Under the pieces are notes generated by a model, which was not told where the DNA came from, made no database searches, and worked only from the letters and a program-made list of their open reading frames with translations. Positions 15,503 to 26,761 of a stretch of 32,617 nt of DNA are shown here, piece by piece (position 1 is the first letter of the stretch; each line of letters starts with the position of its first letter). Source of the stretch: Gammaproteobacteria bacterium (GTDB lineage: Bacteria; Pseudomonadota; Gammaproteobacteria; Arenicellales; JAANXG01); contig JAANXG010000004.1 of assembly GCA_018263405.1 (NCBI GenBank), positions 1-32,617 on the forward strand. The letters are read 5' to 3'. The position numbers and the translations under genes were made by a program.

Positions 15503-16854
15503 TGTGCTTATCCGAGGTGGCCGAGGGTGTGGGCGGCCGGTTGATCGGGCGCGACACCCGTATTCAAGGCGTATCGACGGATACCCGGACGCTGAATCGG
15601 GGGGAACTGTTCGTGGCGTTGAAAGGGCCGTCGTTCGACGGCGATGCCTTTGTGGAGGCGGCCCGCGACGCCGGAGCCGCAGGGGCCATCGTTCAAGCGG
15701 ACATGGAATCCGTGCTCCCGATTATCCAGGTTCGGGATCCCCGCAAAGCACTGGGGGACCTTGGTGGACTTTGGCGGGCGGGGTTTTCCATTCCGGTCGT
15801 GGCGGTTACCGGCAGCAACGGCAAAACCACCGTCAAGGAAATGATCGGCTCGATTCTGACGACCCACGGACCGGCGTTGATCTCCACCGGCAATCTGAAC
15901 AACGATATAGGCGTGCCGCGGATCTTGTGCGGTCTTCGTCCAGAGCATCAGTACGCGGTACTTGAAATGGGGATGAATCAACCGGGTGAAATTCGCTACC
16001 TCTCCTGCCTGGCAAAACCTACCGTGGCGGTCATCACCAACGCATCGCCGGCTCATCTCGAAGGGCTGGGAACGCTGGAGTCGGTGGTCGATGCCAAGGG
16101 CGAAATCATGGCGGGACTCGGGGCCGGTAGCGTGCTCGTGCTCAATCGGGAAGACTCCTTTTTTGATTACTGGTGCCGTATGGCGGGAGGCCATCCGGTG
16201 TTGTCCTTCGGACTCGAACCCGGCTCGGATGTATACGTGTCGGATTACTCGGGAACGGATAATCGATTCCGTCTGCACGTCCGCGGTCAATCCATCGACA
16301 TCAGCCTGCGACTTTCGGGCCGGCACAATGCCGCCAATGCGCTTGCCGCGGCCGCCGCGGCGTTTGCCGTCGGTTTCGAACTGGAGCAGATCAAGGTCGG
16401 ATTGGAGCGAGTCGAACCGGTGCCGGGCCGGCTGTGTTTTCGTCGAGGGGTAGGCGGCGCGCGGGTTCTGGATGACAGCTACAACGCTAATCCGGCTTCG
16501 GTCGCTGCCGGCATCGACGTGCTGGCGGCGCGACCGGGTAAACGCATCGTGGTGCTCGGAGATATGGCCGAATTGGGGTCGGAAGCGAGAGCGCTGCACG
16601 AAAGGGTAGGCACGCACGCACGCAGCAAGGGTGTTGACGAGCTGCACGGATTCGGAGCGTTGAGTGCGGCGGCGGTCGAAGCTTTCGGACCTGCCGGATT
16701 TCATTACCTCGATCGCGATGAACTCGTCGAACGACTCAAAGCCGAGGTGGGCCACGACACGACATTTCTCGTCAAGGGCTCCCGCGGCATGCACATGGAC
16801 GAGATTGTCGATGCGCTCGTTGAAGCTCCGCGGGCGACGGGAGGCGCACACTGA
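15499..16854 (+). CDS. murF: UDP-MurNAc-tripeptide--D-Ala-D-Ala ligase
   Basis: [46 protein letters not shown]. Confidence 0.97.
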   Translation: MMCLSEVAEGVGGRLIGRDTRIQGVSTDTRTLNRGELFVALKGPSFDGDAFVEAARDAGAAGAIVQADMESVLPIIQVRDPRKALGDLGGLWRAGFSIPVVAVTGSNGKTTVKEMIGSILTTHGPALISTGNLNNDIGVPRILCGLRPEHQYAVLEMGMNQPGEIRYLSCLAKPTVAVITNASPAHLEGLGTLESVVDAKGEIMAGLGAGSVLVLNREDSFFDYWCRMAGGHPVLSFGLEPGSDVYVSDYSGTDNRFRLHVRGQSIDISLRLSGRHNAANALAAAAAAFAVGFELEQIKVGLERVEPVPGRLCFRRGVGGARVLDDSYNANPASVAAGIDVLAARPGKRIVVLGDMAELGSEARALHERVGTHARSKGVDELHGFGALSAAAVEAFGPAGFHYLDRDELVERLKAEVGHDTTFLVKGSRGMHMDEIVDALVEAPRATGGAH

Positions 16855-17936
16855 TGCTCTTGTTCCTGTTTGACGCCTTGGCCGACGAATTCTCCGTGTT
16901 CAATGTGTTTCGTTACATCACCTTCCGCGGCATTTGCGGTGTGCTCACCGCGCTGGCGATTTGTTTCGTTTTAGGCCCTTTGATGATCCGCAGGTTGAGC
17001 CTCTACCAGATCGGTCAGACGGTGCGCCAGGACGGACCGCCGACGCATTTCGACAAGGTGGGGACCCCGACGATGGGCGGGGCGATGATATTGGTTTCAG
17101 TCCTCGTCTCTACGCTGTTATGGGCCGACTTAACCAACCGGTTTGTGTGGGTAGTTTTGCTGGTTTGTGTGGCTTTCGGCGTCATCGGCTGGCTTGACGA
17201 CTACCGCAAACTGGTCGACAAAAACCCGCGCGGCATCGGCGCCGGCAATAAATTCATCGCGCAGAGTGTCGTGGGACTCGCCAGCGCCGTGTTTTTGTAC
17301 GTGACCGCCCAATCGCCGGCCGAGATTTCGTTGATCGTCCCGTTGTTCAAGGAAGTCACCATCTACATGGGCCCTTGGTTCATTCTGTTGACTTACCTGG
17401 TGATTGTCGGGACCAGCAACGCCGTCAATCTGACCGACGGCCTGGACGGTCTGGCGATCGTGCCGACGGTGCTGGTGGCGGGCGGCTTGGGAGTTTTTGC
17501 CTATGCCACCGGCCACAGCATTTTCGCCGGCTACTTGGGGATTCCCTATATTGCGGGCTCCGGAGAAGTTCTGATTGTCTGTGGTGTTCTGGTAGGGGCC
17601 GGATTGGGGTTTTTGTGGTTCAACACTTATCCGGCCCAGGTTTTCATGGGCGATATCGGAGCGCTGGCGCTGGGTGGCGCGTTGGGAACGGTGGCGGTGG
17701 TGGTCCGGCAGGAGATCGTTTTGTTCGTCATGGGTGGGATATTTGTCGTCGAGACCGTTTCCGTGATTCTCCAGGTGGCGTCTTTCAAACTTGTCGGGAA
17801 ACGCGTGTTTAAAATGGCGCCGCTGCACCACCACTTCGAACTTAAAGGTTGGCCGGAGCCCAGGGTCAGTGTGCGATTCTGGATTATCAGCCTGATCCTT
17901 GTACTGGTGGGTCTGGCCACTCTGAAGATCCGCTGA
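16854..17936 (+). CDS. mraY: Phospho-MurNAc-pentapeptide transferase
   Basis: [38 protein letters not shown]. Confidence 0.98.
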   Translation: MLLFLFDALADEFSVFNVFRYITFRGICGVLTALAICFVLGPLMIRRLSLYQIGQTVRQDGPPTHFDKVGTPTMGGAMILVSVLVSTLLWADLTNRFVWVVLLVCVAFGVIGWLDDYRKLVDKNPRGIGAGNKFIAQSVVGLASAVFLYVTAQSPAEISLIVPLFKEVTIYMGPWFILLTYLVIVGTSNAVNLTDGLDGLAIVPTVLVAGGLGVFAYATGHSIFAGYLGIPYIAGSGEVLIVCGVLVGAGLGFLWFNTYPAQVFMGDIGALALGGALGTVAVVVRQEIVLFVMGGIFVVETVSVILQVASFKLVGKRVFKMAPLHHHFELKGWPEPRVSVRFWIISLILVLVGLATLKIR

Positions 17937-17938
17937 AC

Positions 17939-19294
17939 ATGATCGCGGCGATGCAAACCCCGGAACTACAAACGCGATACGACGCGATCGTCGTGGGCCT
18001 GGGCAAAACCGGTCTGGCGTGTTTGCGGCATCTCCGGCAACGCGGTTTGACGGTGGCGGTGGCGGATACCCGCTTGGATCCACCTTTGGCGGGCGAGCTG
18101 CGCCGGAACCTACCGGAGGTCGAGCTCTTTACCGGTGAATTGCACGCCGCGTTGCTGAGGCGCGCCCGTCAGCTTGTCGTGAGTCCCGGCGTATCCATTC
18201 GCGAGACGGCCATCGACGAAGCGCGGCAATCGGGGGTCGAAGTCATCGGGGATATCGAGTTGTTTGCGCGAACGGTCGACCAACCAGTGATCGCGATTAC
18301 GGGTTCGAACGGAAAAAGCACCGTCACTCGGCTGGTGGAATTCATGGGCCGTGAATCCGGCTTGGATGTGATAGCAGCCGGCAATATCGGCACGCCGGCG
18401 CTCGACCTGCTGGCGGGAACCGAACACGCGTTTTATGCCGTGGAGCTGTCGAGTTTCCAGCTGGAAACCACGTATACGCTTCGGCCGGCCGCGGCAGCGC
18501 TGTTGAATGTTTCCCACGACCACATGGACCGTTACACCACATTCGCCGAGTACCTTGAAGCCAAGCAGCGTATCCATAACGGCGCCCGGGCCGCGGTCGT
18601 CAACCGGGACGACCCCGCTACGCGTCCACGTCTGCCCGCAGCGAAAATTTATACCTTTGGTCTGGACCGCCCGCCCGGCGACCGGGACTTCGGGATCCTA
18701 AACTTGGGTGGGGAGTCCTGGCTGACGTGCGGCGAGCGGCGACTAATCGATGCCGACGCGCTGCAACTCGCCGGCCGCCACAACTGGGCCAATGTGCTGG
18801 CGGCGCTGGCGCTGGCGAAAGCGGTGGGCTGGGATGTTCAGCGATGCGCGCAGGCGGCGACCCGTTTCCAGGGTTTGCCGCACCGCATGGAGTGCGTGGC
18901 TGAAATAAACGGCGTGTGGTGGGTGAACGACTCGAAGGCGACCAATGTCGGTGCGACCGTATCGGCGCTGTCCGGCGTCGCGACACCAGTGATACTGATC
19001 GCCGGGGGCGATGGGAAAGGCGCGGATTTCACGCCGCTACAGGCGGCGGTCGAACAACATGCCCGAGCCCTGGTCCTGTTTGGCCGCGACGCGACGATGA
19101 TCGACCGGGCAGTGGGTGATGCAGCCGCCAAGTATCGGGTGATCGATCTGGAGCAGGGCGTGCAACGGGCGTCGATGTTGGCCGAGTCCGGTGACACGGT
19201 GTTGTTCTCGCCGGCGTGCGCCAGCTTCGACATGTTTACCGATTACGAGCAGCGCGGTGCGGCATTCCGGGCGGCTGTACGGAGCTTGTCGTGA
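17939..19294 (+). CDS. murD: UDP-MurNAc-L-Ala--D-Glu ligase
   Basis: GLGKTG, VSPG, ITGSNGKST, ELSSFQL, DHMDRY, NDSKATN, SPACASFD. Confidence 0.97.
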   Translation: MIAAMQTPELQTRYDAIVVGLGKTGLACLRHLRQRGLTVAVADTRLDPPLAGELRRNLPEVELFTGELHAALLRRARQLVVSPGVSIRETAIDEARQSGVEVIGDIELFARTVDQPVIAITGSNGKSTVTRLVEFMGRESGLDVIAAGNIGTPALDLLAGTEHAFYAVELSSFQLETTYTLRPAAAALLNVSHDHMDRYTTFAEYLEAKQRIHNGARAAVVNRDDPATRPRLPAAKIYTFGLDRPPGDRDFGILNLGGESWLTCGERRLIDADALQLAGRHNWANVLAALALAKAVGWDVQRCAQAATRFQGLPHRMECVAEINGVWWVNDSKATNVGATVSALSGVATPVILIAGGDGKGADFTPLQAAVEQHARALVLFGRDATMIDRAVGDAAAKYRVIDLEQGVQRASMLAESGDTVLFSPACASFDMFTDYEQRGAAFRAAVRSLS

Positions 19295-20460
19295 ACACGG
19301 TCAGCCGGGTTACGGCCACGCGCTCGGATCCGTGGGCGCATGGAAACGGCTTCGACGGGCTGTTGCTCGGCACCGTGGCGGTAATCCTTGCCTTCGGCTC
19401 GCTAATGGTGGCGTCCGCCGGCGTCGCGAATGCCGGTTCGAGCGGCCCGATGGCGCTGTTCGGCCCCACGCTGCGCCATCTGGTCCACGTCGCGGTGGGC
19501 GTGGCCGCGATGCTCTTGGTGTCACGGGTTCCGGTGGCTTGGTGGGAGGCAATGGGCAAACCCCTGTTGCTGCTGGGACTGGGGTTGCTGGTGGTACTGT
19601 TTTTGCCCGGTATCGGTCTAACCTACAACGGCAGCACTCGATGGCTCGACATCGCCGGCTTTGGATTCCAGCCCGCGGAACCGGCGAAGCTTTTCATGGT
19701 GGTGTATGCCGCCGGTTACTTGACGCGCAAGCACGAAGTACTCGGGGATTTCACCCACGGCGTTTTAACGATCGGCCTGGTGTTGGCCGTTGTGGGTTTG
19801 CTGTTACTGTTGCAGCCGGATTTCGGTAGTTTTGTGGTGATTGCGCTCACCGTTGGGGCCCTGCTGTTTCTGTCCGGCGTCAGGTTTTGGCACTTTCTGC
19901 TTTGCGCGCTGGTCGGCGCCGGCGCCATGGTGTTCCTGATCTGGTCCAAGGCGTATCGAGCCGATCGCGTAACGAGCTTTCTGGATCCTTGGCAGGATCC
20001 CGCTGACACGTCCTACCAGCTCGTTCAGGGTCTGATCGCCTTGGGACGCGGGGAATGGTTTGGCGTTGGCATCGGGGCCAGTGTCCAGAAGCTGTACTTC
20101 CTGCCCCACGCGGAAACCGATTTCCTGCTGGCGGTGATCGGCGAAGAACTCGGGTTCGTCGGCGTCTGCTTCGCGATCGTCCTATACGGCATCCTTTTGT
20201 GGCGATCGTTCGCGATTTCGCGGACCGCCGAACGTATCGGGAAACTCCACGCCGCTCGTTTGGCCCAGGGATTGTCGCTGCTGCTCGTGTTGCAGGCGAT
20301 GATTCATATCGGCGTCAATCTCGGGTCTTTGCCCACCAAGGGGTTGACTCTGCCGTTAATGAGCCATGGCGGCAGCAGCCTGATTACCAGTTGTATTGCC
20401 GTGGGCATGCTGTTGGCAATCGAACGCTCGATACAACCCGGACCGGGGAGAACGCCGTGA
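19291..20460 (+). CDS. ftsW: SEDS peptidoglycan glycosyltransferase FtsW
   Basis: NGSTRW, FQPAEPAK, LQPDFG, FLDPW, LPHAETDF, PTKGLTLP-MSHGGSS. Confidence 0.96.
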   Translation: MNTVSRVTATRSDPWAHGNGFDGLLLGTVAVILAFGSLMVASAGVANAGSSGPMALFGPTLRHLVHVAVGVAAMLLVSRVPVAWWEAMGKPLLLLGLGLLVVLFLPGIGLTYNGSTRWLDIAGFGFQPAEPAKLFMVVYAAGYLTRKHEVLGDFTHGVLTIGLVLAVVGLLLLLQPDFGSFVVIALTVGALLFLSGVRFWHFLLCALVGAGAMVFLIWSKAYRADRVTSFLDPWQDPADTSYQLVQGLIALGRGEWFGVGIGASVQKLYFLPHAETDFLLAVIGEELGFVGVCFAIVLYGILLWRSFAISRTAERIGKLHAARLAQGLSLLLVLQAMIHIGVNLGSLPTKGLTLPLMSHGGSSLITSCIAVGMLLAIERSIQPGPGRTP

Positions 20461-21515
20461 GAACGTTGTTGATCATGGCCGGCGGCACCGGCGGTCACGT
20501 GTACCCGGCCTTGTCCGTCGCCGGTGAAATGAAACGCCGCGGGGTCGAGGTCGTGTGGCTGGGGACACGCCACGGTTTGGAGGCGCGGGTCGTCCCGCAG
20601 GCCGGGTTTGACATTGAGTGGATTACGATTCGGGGCCTGAAGGGCAAAGGGCTCGCCGGTCTGCTACGCATGCCGTTTTTGCTGATGTTGGCCATGCTGC
20701 AAACCCTGGGCGTCGTGTTGCGGCGCCGGCCCGCGGCGGTACTGGGTATGGGAGGCTTTGTATCCGGACCGGGCGCACTGACGGCCTGGCTGCTGCAGAT
20801 TCCCGTGTTGATTCACGAGGCCAATGCGATCGCGGGGTTCACCAACCGTTGGTTGGCCAGGATTGCGCGGCGCGTGATGACCGGCTTCCCCGTCGGTCTC
20901 GGTCCGCGGTCCATCCACGTCGGGCACCCGGTCCGCGAAGAGATCCTGGCCCTCCCGGGTCCCGATGCACGGCTCATCGACCGCCGGGGACCGTTCCGGA
21001 TTCTCGTTGTCGGTGGCAGCCAGGGGGCGAGGGCGTTGAACCAACACATGCCGAAATTGCTGCCGTGCGTGCCGGTGGACGTGGCGATCCGCCATCAGGC
21101 GGGTCGGGACAACGTGGTGGCCGTACGCGAGATTTACGAGACGAGCGGTACCAATGCCGAAGTCCGGGAATTCATTAGTGACATGTCCGCCGCCTACGCC
21201 TGGGCGGACCTGGTTGTCTGCCGTGCCGGTGCGATGACCGTGGCGGAGGTCTGTGCGTCGGGCTCCGCCGCCGTATTTGTTCCCTTTCCGGTAGCCGTCG
21301 GTGACCATCAAACCGCCAATGCCCGTTTTCTGTGCGAGCGCAAAGCGGCCTGGATGTGGCCGGAGACCGGACTGACGCCGGAAACGGTCAACGCTTTTTT
21401 CGCCGTGTTGACCCGACAGGAAATCCGCGAACGGGGCGCGCGCGCCCGCGAACTGGCCGTCCCCGACAGCACGCAGCGAGTCGGCGACGCCTGCATGGAG
21501 GTACTCCATGCGTAA
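20457..21515 (+). CDS. murG: Lipid I GlcNAc transferase
   Basis: [44 protein letters not shown]; GTG start overlapping the ftsW stop. Confidence 0.97.
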   Translation: MRTLLIMAGGTGGHVYPALSVAGEMKRRGVEVVWLGTRHGLEARVVPQAGFDIEWITIRGLKGKGLAGLLRMPFLLMLAMLQTLGVVLRRRPAAVLGMGGFVSGPGALTAWLLQIPVLIHEANAIAGFTNRWLARIARRVMTGFPVGLGPRSIHVGHPVREEILALPGPDARLIDRRGPFRILVVGGSQGARALNQHMPKLLPCVPVDVAIRHQAGRDNVVAVREIYETSGTNAEVREFISDMSAAYAWADLVVCRAGAMTVAEVCASGSAAVFVPFPVAVGDHQTANARFLCERKAAWMWPETGLTPETVNAFFAVLTRQEIRERGARARELAVPDSTQRVGDACMEVLHA

Positions 21516-22896
21516 CCGTGTGAATCGCATCCACTTCGTGGGAATCGGCGGAGCCGGTATGAGCGGAATCGCCGGAGTGCTCCTGAACCTGGGTTACCAG
21601 GTCTCCGGTTCGGATATCGTGGACAGTCCAACGACCGAGCACCTGCGCGAACAGGGCGCGGAGATTCATATTGGACACGACGCACGCTGGGTCGAGAACA
21701 GCGACGTGGTCGTTGTCTCCACGGCGATCCCTTCCGACAACGTGGAACTTGCGGCGGCGCGGAAAGCCAAGATTCCGGCGATCCCCCGGGCGGAAATGCT
21801 TGGAGAGTTGATGCGATTCCAGCGGGGAATCGCGGTGGCGGGGACCCACGGCAAAACGACCACGACGAGTTTGGTGTCAAGCGTCCTGGCCAGCGGCGGC
21901 CTGGATCCGACTTTCGTAGTGGGAGGATTGGTAAACAGCGTCGGAACGAATGCCTCGTTGGGTCGTGGAGAATATCTCGTGGCCGAGGCGGATGAGAGCG
22001 ATGCCTCCTTTCTTCACCTTCAGCCTGTCGTGGCGGTAGTAACCAACATCGATGCCGACCACATGTCCACGTATGGAGGCGATTTCGAGGCCCTGAAACA
22101 GACTTTCGTCGAGTTCCTGCTGAACCTGCCGTTCTATGGCCGCGCGGTGCTGTGTTGGGACGACCCCGTGGTGCGCGCGGTAGCAAGGTCCGTATCTAAG
22201 CCGATGCTGACCTATGGGACATGCCGGGAGGCGGATATACGGGCCGTCGACATCCGGCAAAAAGGTCTGGAGACCCATTTCCGTGTCCCGGGGGATACGG
22301 ATATGCAAGTGAAACTGGCGCTTCCCGGTAAACATAACGCGCTCAACGCCCTGGCCGCGATCGCCGTCGGCCGATATCTCGGTATCGGCGACGAACGAAT
22401 CGGGGCGGGCCTGAGCCGGTTCAAAGGGATCGAACGGCGGTTCCAGCTCAAGGGTAACTTCGCAACGCGGGACGGCGAGGCACTTGTGGTGGATGACTAT
22501 GGTCATCATCCCCGGGAACTGGAAGCCACCCTGGAAGCGGCACGGCAGGCCTGGCCGGACCGGCGCCTGGTGGTGGTATTCCAGCCCCACCGGTACTCGC
22601 GGACGAGGGAATTGCTGGACGATTTCAGTAGCGTCCTGGCGGATCAGGATCCATTGATCGTGACGGAAGTCTATTCGGCGGGGGAAACCCCGATCACGGG
22701 GGCCGACGGGCGTGCTCTGTGCCGCTCGATCCGACAACGGGGCCAAACCGATCCCGTGTTCGTAGAATCGCTGCACGAATTACCGGAGTTGTTGAAGGGC
22801 ATCGTACACGACGGCGACGTCGTACTGACGCTCGGTGCCGGGGACATCGGCCGCAAAGCGTCGGATTTGGTGCGGCGACAGGAGGGTGCAGCGTGA
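21508..22896 (+). CDS. murC: UDP-MurNAc--L-Ala ligase
   Basis: [39 protein letters not shown]. Confidence 0.98.
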   Translation: MRNRVNRIHFVGIGGAGMSGIAGVLLNLGYQVSGSDIVDSPTTEHLREQGAEIHIGHDARWVENSDVVVVSTAIPSDNVELAAARKAKIPAIPRAEMLGELMRFQRGIAVAGTHGKTTTTSLVSSVLASGGLDPTFVVGGLVNSVGTNASLGRGEYLVAEADESDASFLHLQPVVAVVTNIDADHMSTYGGDFEALKQTFVEFLLNLPFYGRAVLCWDDPVVRAVARSVSKPMLTYGTCREADIRAVDIRQKGLETHFRVPGDTDMQVKLALPGKHNALNALAAIAVGRYLGIGDERIGAGLSRFKGIERRFQLKGNFATRDGEALVVDDYGHHPRELEATLEAARQAWPDRRLVVVFQPHRYSRTRELLDDFSSVLADQDPLIVTEVYSAGETPITGADGRALCRSIRQRGQTDPVFVESLHELPELLKGIVHDGDVVLTLGAGDIGRKASDLVRRQEGAA

Positions 22897-23801
22897 TGGC
22901 GGCGCACCGGCCCGTCGATTTCGAGCCCCGGGGCAAACTGCTTTACGGTGAGCCCATGTGCCGCCATACCAGTTGGCGCGTAGGGGGACCCGCCGATCTG
23001 TACTTCGCTCCCGCCGACCTCCAGGATTTGCTGGATTTCCTTCGATTTCGTCAACAGAAGGACTGGCCGGTAACGTGGTTCGGCCTCGGCAGCAATACGC
23101 TCGTTCGCGACGGGGGGATCCGGGGCATTGTCGTTGCAACCCACAAGAGCCTCGGTGAAATCGAATTGCGTGACGAACGTACGGTGCACGCGCAAGTAGG
23201 TGTGCCCTGTGCCAAGATTGCCCGGCTGACCGCGCGGAATGGCCTGGCGGATGCGGAATTTTTTGCAGGGATCCCCGGGACGCTGGGCGGTGCTTTGGCG
23301 ATGAATGCGGGAGCCCACGGACGGACGACCTGGGAAGTGGTCCACGACGTCGAGACCGTGGACCCGGGTGGACTGATCCATCGCCGGCGGGCCGTGGAGT
23401 TCGAGATCGGATATCGCAGCGTCCGTTCGCCGCGTGAGGAATGGTTTGTGTCCGCGGTCCTCGCGTTAAAAGCCGGGGATCCGGTCCAGTCACGGGAGCG
23501 GATTCGTGAATTTTTGGAGAGCCGTGCACGCAGCCAGCCCATTCGAATTCCGAACGCGGGTTCGGTATTCATCAATCCACCGAACGATCACGCGGCGCGC
23601 CTGATCGAAACCGCGGGGCTCAAAGGCGTCTGCGTGGGCGGTGCTTGTGTCTCGGAAAAGCACGCCAACTTCATCGTGAACCACGGAACGGCCAGCGCCA
23701 CCGATATTGAAACCTTGATCGAGCAGGTTGTGGGCAAGGTGAAGCAAGTGCATGGCATTGTGCTCCAACCGGAAGTCCGGATCGTCGGAGAAAGGCCATG
23801 A
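22896..23801 (+). CDS. murB: UDP-N-acetylenolpyruvoylglucosamine reductase
   Basis: HTSWRVGGPAD, GLGSN, GIPGTLGGA-AMNAGA, NAGSVF-NP, SEKHANFIVN. Confidence 0.96.
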   Translation: MAAHRPVDFEPRGKLLYGEPMCRHTSWRVGGPADLYFAPADLQDLLDFLRFRQQKDWPVTWFGLGSNTLVRDGGIRGIVVATHKSLGEIELRDERTVHAQVGVPCAKIARLTARNGLADAEFFAGIPGTLGGALAMNAGAHGRTTWEVVHDVETVDPGGLIHRRRAVEFEIGYRSVRSPREEWFVSAVLALKAGDPVQSRERIREFLESRARSQPIRIPNAGSVFINPPNDHAARLIETAGLKGVCVGGACVSEKHANFIVNHGTASATDIETLIEQVVGKVKQVHGIVLQPEVRIVGERP

Positions 23802-24709
23802 ATCCGGCGGCGTTTGGAAAGGTAGCGGTGTTGATGGGGGGGATGTCTGCGGAGCGGGAAGTTTCGTTGAAAAGCGGAGCACAGGTACTCGAGGCACTGC
23901 AGGCCGCCGGTATTGATGCTGTCGCCATCGACGCCGGCCGTGACGTGATGGATCGATTGCGACGGGTTGGAGCCGAGCGGGCGTTTATTGTTCTGCACGG
24001 GCCCTGGGGCGAGGACGGTGTGGTACAGGGTGCGCTTGAAACCATCGGTATGCCGTATACGGGTAGCCGCGTACTTGGGTCGGCGCTGGCCATGGACAAG
24101 CTCCGGACCAAGCAGATCTGGTCGTGCCTGGGGTTGCCCACGCCGGAATACGCGGTCATCCGCCACGCCGACGAATTGCTCGGTGTGCTGGAGCGCCACG
24201 CGCTCCCACTGTTCGTCAAGCCCGGGGCCGAGGGCTCGAGCATCGGTGTCACGAAAGTCGAATCGCCGGAACAACTACGGGGTGCTTTCGATACCGCCGC
24301 GCGGTTTGGCGGTCCCGTGCTCGCCGAGTCTTTCATCGGCGGTCCGGAGGTCACGATATCCATTCTCGGCGACGATGCCCTGCCGATTATCAAGCTGGAA
24401 ACGCCCCGCACATTTTACGACTACGAAGCGAAATACCAATCCGACACCACAGGCTACCTGTGCCCCTGTGGCCTGGACGACGAGCTGGAATCCTCGCTGC
24501 AGTCGCTCGCGCTGGAAGCCTTTCGGGCGCTGGATTGCACCGGCTGGGGTCGTGTCGACCTGATGCTGGATTCGCGAATGAATCCCTATTTACTGGAAGC
24601 GAATACCATTCCGGGGATGACCGACCACAGCCTCGTGCCCATGGCAGCGCGCGAGGTGGGCCTGTCGTTCCCCGAGCTGGTCACGAAAATCCTGGAGACA
24701 TCGCTGTGA
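23798..24709 (+). CDS. ddl: D-alanine--D-alanine ligase
   Basis: GGMSAEREVSL, LHG-WGEDG, MDK, EGSSIG, YDYEAKY, EANTIPGMT. Confidence 0.97.
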   Translation: MNPAAFGKVAVLMGGMSAEREVSLKSGAQVLEALQAAGIDAVAIDAGRDVMDRLRRVGAERAFIVLHGPWGEDGVVQGALETIGMPYTGSRVLGSALAMDKLRTKQIWSCLGLPTPEYAVIRHADELLGVLERHALPLFVKPGAEGSSIGVTKVESPEQLRGAFDTAARFGGPVLAESFIGGPEVTISILGDDALPIIKLETPRTFYDYEAKYQSDTTGYLCPCGLDDELESSLQSLALEAFRALDCTGWGRVDLMLDSRMNPYLLEANTIPGMTDHSLVPMAAREVGLSFPELVTKILETSL

Positions 24710-25491
24710 ATGCCCGAGCACAGGAAAGACTGCACGGGCGCCGCCGGGCGGCGAAGCAGCAACGTATCCAGCGGGCGACGCTGGGTTGGGCCATGGCGGC
24801 TTTGATTCTGCTGGCAGGTGGTGGCCTGCTTGCGGATCGCTTGATGGATCCCGCCGCGTTTGCGATTCGTGAGCTGAGTTTCGAAGGCGAGTTCAACCAC
24901 CTGGAACCCGGGACATTGCGCCGGCGGGTCGAACAAACGGTCGATGCCAATTACTTCGCTATTGACCTCGAGACCATCGAGCGCGCCGCGGAATCCCTGG
25001 ATTGGGTACAGCGAGCCCGGGTACGCCGGATCTGGCCGGATGGTCTGCACATCGCTGTTCGTGAACACCGCTTGATTGCCCGGTGGGGTAACGATGCCTG
25101 GCTCAATGACGAGGGTGAGGTGGTCCGGGTATCGGTGAGCAGGCAAGCGGAAGAACTCCGGTTGGCAGGGCCGAACGGCCACGCCGAAAAGGTGTTGCGC
25201 CAAGCCCGGGAATGGTCCGCCGGCCTTGGCGGCGTGGGGCTTGAACTCAAGGCGTTGACGCTCAATGAGCGGCGGGCCTGGTATGCGGTGGTATCGAGCC
25301 CTGAAACCGGCACGTTATTCAGCGTCGCGCTGGGACGCGACGGTGTGGGAGGCAGGTTCCGACGGTTCGTGAAAGCTTTCCGGGCATTGCCGGGCGAAAA
25401 ATTGCAACGTATCGGTCACGTTGACGCCCGCTATCCCAACGGCATCGCCTTGCGCCTGAAGCCTTCCATGAATTCAGAGGACTCAACCTGA
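24706..25491 (+). CDS. ftsQ: Cell division protein FtsQ
   Basis: TM helix, POTRA domain (WV--A-VRRIWPD-L-I-V-E), C-terminal DARYPNGIA; GTG24706. Confidence 0.92.
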   Translation: MNARAQERLHGRRRAAKQQRIQRATLGWAMAALILLAGGGLLADRLMDPAAFAIRELSFEGEFNHLEPGTLRRRVEQTVDANYFAIDLETIERAAESLDWVQRARVRRIWPDGLHIAVREHRLIARWGNDAWLNDEGEVVRVSVSRQAEELRLAGPNGHAEKVLRQAREWSAGLGGVGLELKALTLNERRAWYAVVSSPETGTLFSVALGRDGVGGRFRRFVKAFRALPGEKLQRIGHVDARYPNGIALRLKPSMNSEDST

Positions 25492-25501
25492 GATCGCGAC
25501 A

Positions 25502-26746
25502 ATGCCCAAGAAAATCAAAGTCGAAGAAAGGTTAATCGTTGGCCTGGATATCGGAACGTCCAAGGTTCTGGCGATCGTCGGTGAAACCGATCCCGCCGGT
25601 GAAATCGGGATTATCGGGGTTGGCCACCACGTGGCGCGAGGGATGCGCAAAGGTGTTGTTGCCAACATCGAGTCCATCGTCCAGTCCATTCAACGCGCGG
25701 TGGAAGAAGCCGAGTTAATGGCGGGCTGCCAGATCTATTCCGTCCACGCGGGGATCGCCGGCGCCCACATCGGCAGCTTTAATTCACACGGTGTTGTGGC
25801 GATTCGGGATGAGGAAGTTCAAGTCGGGGATATCGAACGGGTTATCGAGGCGGCCCGGGCATTGGCAATTCCCAATGACCAGAAGGTCTTGCACATACTC
25901 CCCCAGGAATTCGTTATCGACGGGCAGGAAGGTATCCGCGAGCCCATCGGTATGAGCGGTGTCCGACTGGAAGCCAAGGTCCATATTATCACCGGCGCCG
26001 TGAGCGCGGCTCAGAACGTTATCAAGTGCATTCGACGGTGTGGTCTGGAGGTGGATGACATCATCCTCGAGCAACTGGCGTCCAGTGAGGCCGTGTTGAC
26101 CGAGGACGAACGCGATCTCGGTGTATGCCTGGTGGACATCGGTGGCGGTACGACGGACATCGCGATTTTCACCGAAGGGGCGATCCGCCACACCGCCGTC
26201 ATTCCGATTGCCGGAGATCAGGTTACCAACGATATCGCGGTGGCCCTGCGCACACCCACCCAGGCGGCGGAAGACATCAAGAAAAAGTATGGCTGTGCAC
26301 TGATTCAGCTCGCCCATTCCGATGAAACGATCGAAGCACCGAGCGTCGGCGACCGGCCACCACGGAGGCTCGCGCGCCAGACGCTGGCGGAGGTGATCGA
26401 ACCGCGCGTCGAGGAATTGTTCGGTCTGGTCAAGTCCGAGCTGCGCCGCAGCGGTTTCGAGGAATTGATCGGCTCGGGGATTGTTCTCACCGGCGGCACT
26501 TCCAAGATGGACGGCATTGTCGAGCTGGCGGAGGAAGTGTTTCACGTTCCTGTTCGATTGGGGATGCCGAACCATATCGCCGGACTGAGCGAGGTGGTGA
26601 AAAATCCCATTTATTCGACGGGGGTAGGACTCATTCAATTCGGTTTGCGTAACCAAAGTGAGCGCGAGCCTAAAAAGTCCAAAGAAAGTTATTCCATCAA
26701 TTCCGTTTACCAACGAATGAAGAGTTGGTTCCAAGGCAGTTTTTAA
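25502..26746 (+). CDS. ftsA: Cell division protein FtsA
   Basis: GLDIGTSK, GMSGVRLE, DIGGGTTD, VLTGG, C-terminal amphipathic MKSWFQGSF. Confidence 0.98.
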   Translation: MPKKIKVEERLIVGLDIGTSKVLAIVGETDPAGEIGIIGVGHHVARGMRKGVVANIESIVQSIQRAVEEAELMAGCQIYSVHAGIAGAHIGSFNSHGVVAIRDEEVQVGDIERVIEAARALAIPNDQKVLHILPQEFVIDGQEGIREPIGMSGVRLEAKVHIITGAVSAAQNVIKCIRRCGLEVDDIILEQLASSEAVLTEDERDLGVCLVDIGGGTTDIAIFTEGAIRHTAVIPIAGDQVTNDIAVALRTPTQAAEDIKKKYGCALIQLAHSDETIEAPSVGDRPPRRLARQTLAEVIEPRVEELFGLVKSELRRSGFEELIGSGIVLTGGTSKMDGIVELAEEVFHVPVRLGMPNHIAGLSEVVKNPIYSTGVGLIQFGLRNQSEREPKKSKESYSINSVYQRMKSWFQGSF

Positions 26747-26761
26747 AACGAGGTGAACGCC

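Noticed and set aside
22896-23801. murB inside the dcw cluster as a novelty
   Set aside because: murC-murB-ddl order is common outside enterobacteria and pseudomonads.
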